Of a DNA stretch of 64,000 nucleotides, positions 63,399 to 64,000 are shown one piece after another. The notes under the pieces were generated by a model. That model worked only from the letters and a program-made list of their open reading frames with translations, was not told the origin of the DNA and searched no databases. Position 1 is the first letter of the stretch. Each line of letters opens with the position of its first letter. Source of the DNA: Octopus sinensis. Lineage: Eukaryota. The position numbers and the translations under genes were made by a program. The stretch covers positions 98,270,001 through 98,334,000 of the forward strand of contig NC_043002.1 of the NCBI RefSeq assembly GCF_006345805.1, in the 5' to 3' direction.

Positions 63399-63410
63399 AT
63401 TATTTAAGGC

Positions 63411-63630
63411 ATTAAGCTAGCAGAATCGTTAGCATGCCGGGTGAAATGCTTACCGACATTTCGTTCGCTTTTACTTTCTGAATTTAAAAATTCCACCGAG
63501 ATCTACTTTGCCTTTCATCCTTTGGGGATCAATAAAATAAGTACCAGTTGAACACGCAGGTCAATGTAATCGACTTAACCTTTCCCCCGAAATTACAATC
63601 CTTTTGCCAAAATGTGAAACCATTGTTATT
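63411..63630 (+). mobile_element. SINE family C'
   Basis: gctagcagaatcgttagc...ctttgcctttcatcc...gccaaaatgtgaaaccatt. Confidence 0.8.
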
Positions 63631-63867
63631 ATTGAACCTCTTAGTGGTTTCTAAAAAAAACATTATTTTATTATTTTGGTTTTAGTCATTGATTTGTGGT
63701 CATGCTGGGGCATCATTTCAATGCACATTGTCTAGTCCAAGTCCTCATTTTTTAAATCTTTATTAATAGACAAGCTGGGTTCACCTAACGAGTTACATAT
63801 CTTTAATGGCGTAAATATCTTATGGTATTTGTATCGGCGAGTTGGCTGATATCTTATGGTATTTGTA

Positions 63868-64000
63868 AAGGCGGCGAGTTGGCTGAAGCGTTAGCACGCT
63901 GAGGGAAATGCTTCGTGGTATTTCGTCTGCGTTACGTTGTGAGTTCAAATTCCGCCGAGGTCGACTTTGCCTTTCATCCTTTCGGGGTCGATAAATTAAG
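63868..64000 (+). mobile_element. SINE family C, cut by window end
   Basis: aaggcggcgagttggc...ggggtcgataaattaag. Confidence 0.9.

Overview
AT-rich, repeat-saturated eukaryotic non-coding DNA. The SINE families, TA/TG/GATA microsatellites and lack of long ORFs look like an intronic or intergenic stretch of an octopus (coleoid cephalopod) genome; this assignment is an inference from repeat content. No intact protein-coding gene is supportable, and nearly all ORFs in the track come from microsatellites or SINE sequence. The only recognisable protein homology is a decayed Helitron PIF1-like helicase C-terminus at 12252-12515; two very short C-terminal remnants (a Tx1/L1-like LINE and a mariner transposase) are weaker. 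The window holds several tRNA-headed SINE families (my labels A, B, B2, C/C', F, G), non-autonomous Helitrons, mariner, hAT and piggyBac-like MITEs, and Penelope-like fragments. The most interesting observations are: (1) minimal hammerhead-ribozyme motifs, one intact at 41708-41742 and an inverted pair at 25653-25804; (2) a LINE whose three copies all sit inside (ATCT)n-type microsatellites on both sides, suggesting microsatellite targeting; (3) two kb-scale inverted duplications; (4) SINE C inserting preferentially at GGT/ACC sites and into itself; (5) a 120-bp CpG-rich foreign-looking insert; (6) weak candidates for minus-strand micro-exons of a host gene. All coordinates and counts were read by hand; no database search or folding program was run.
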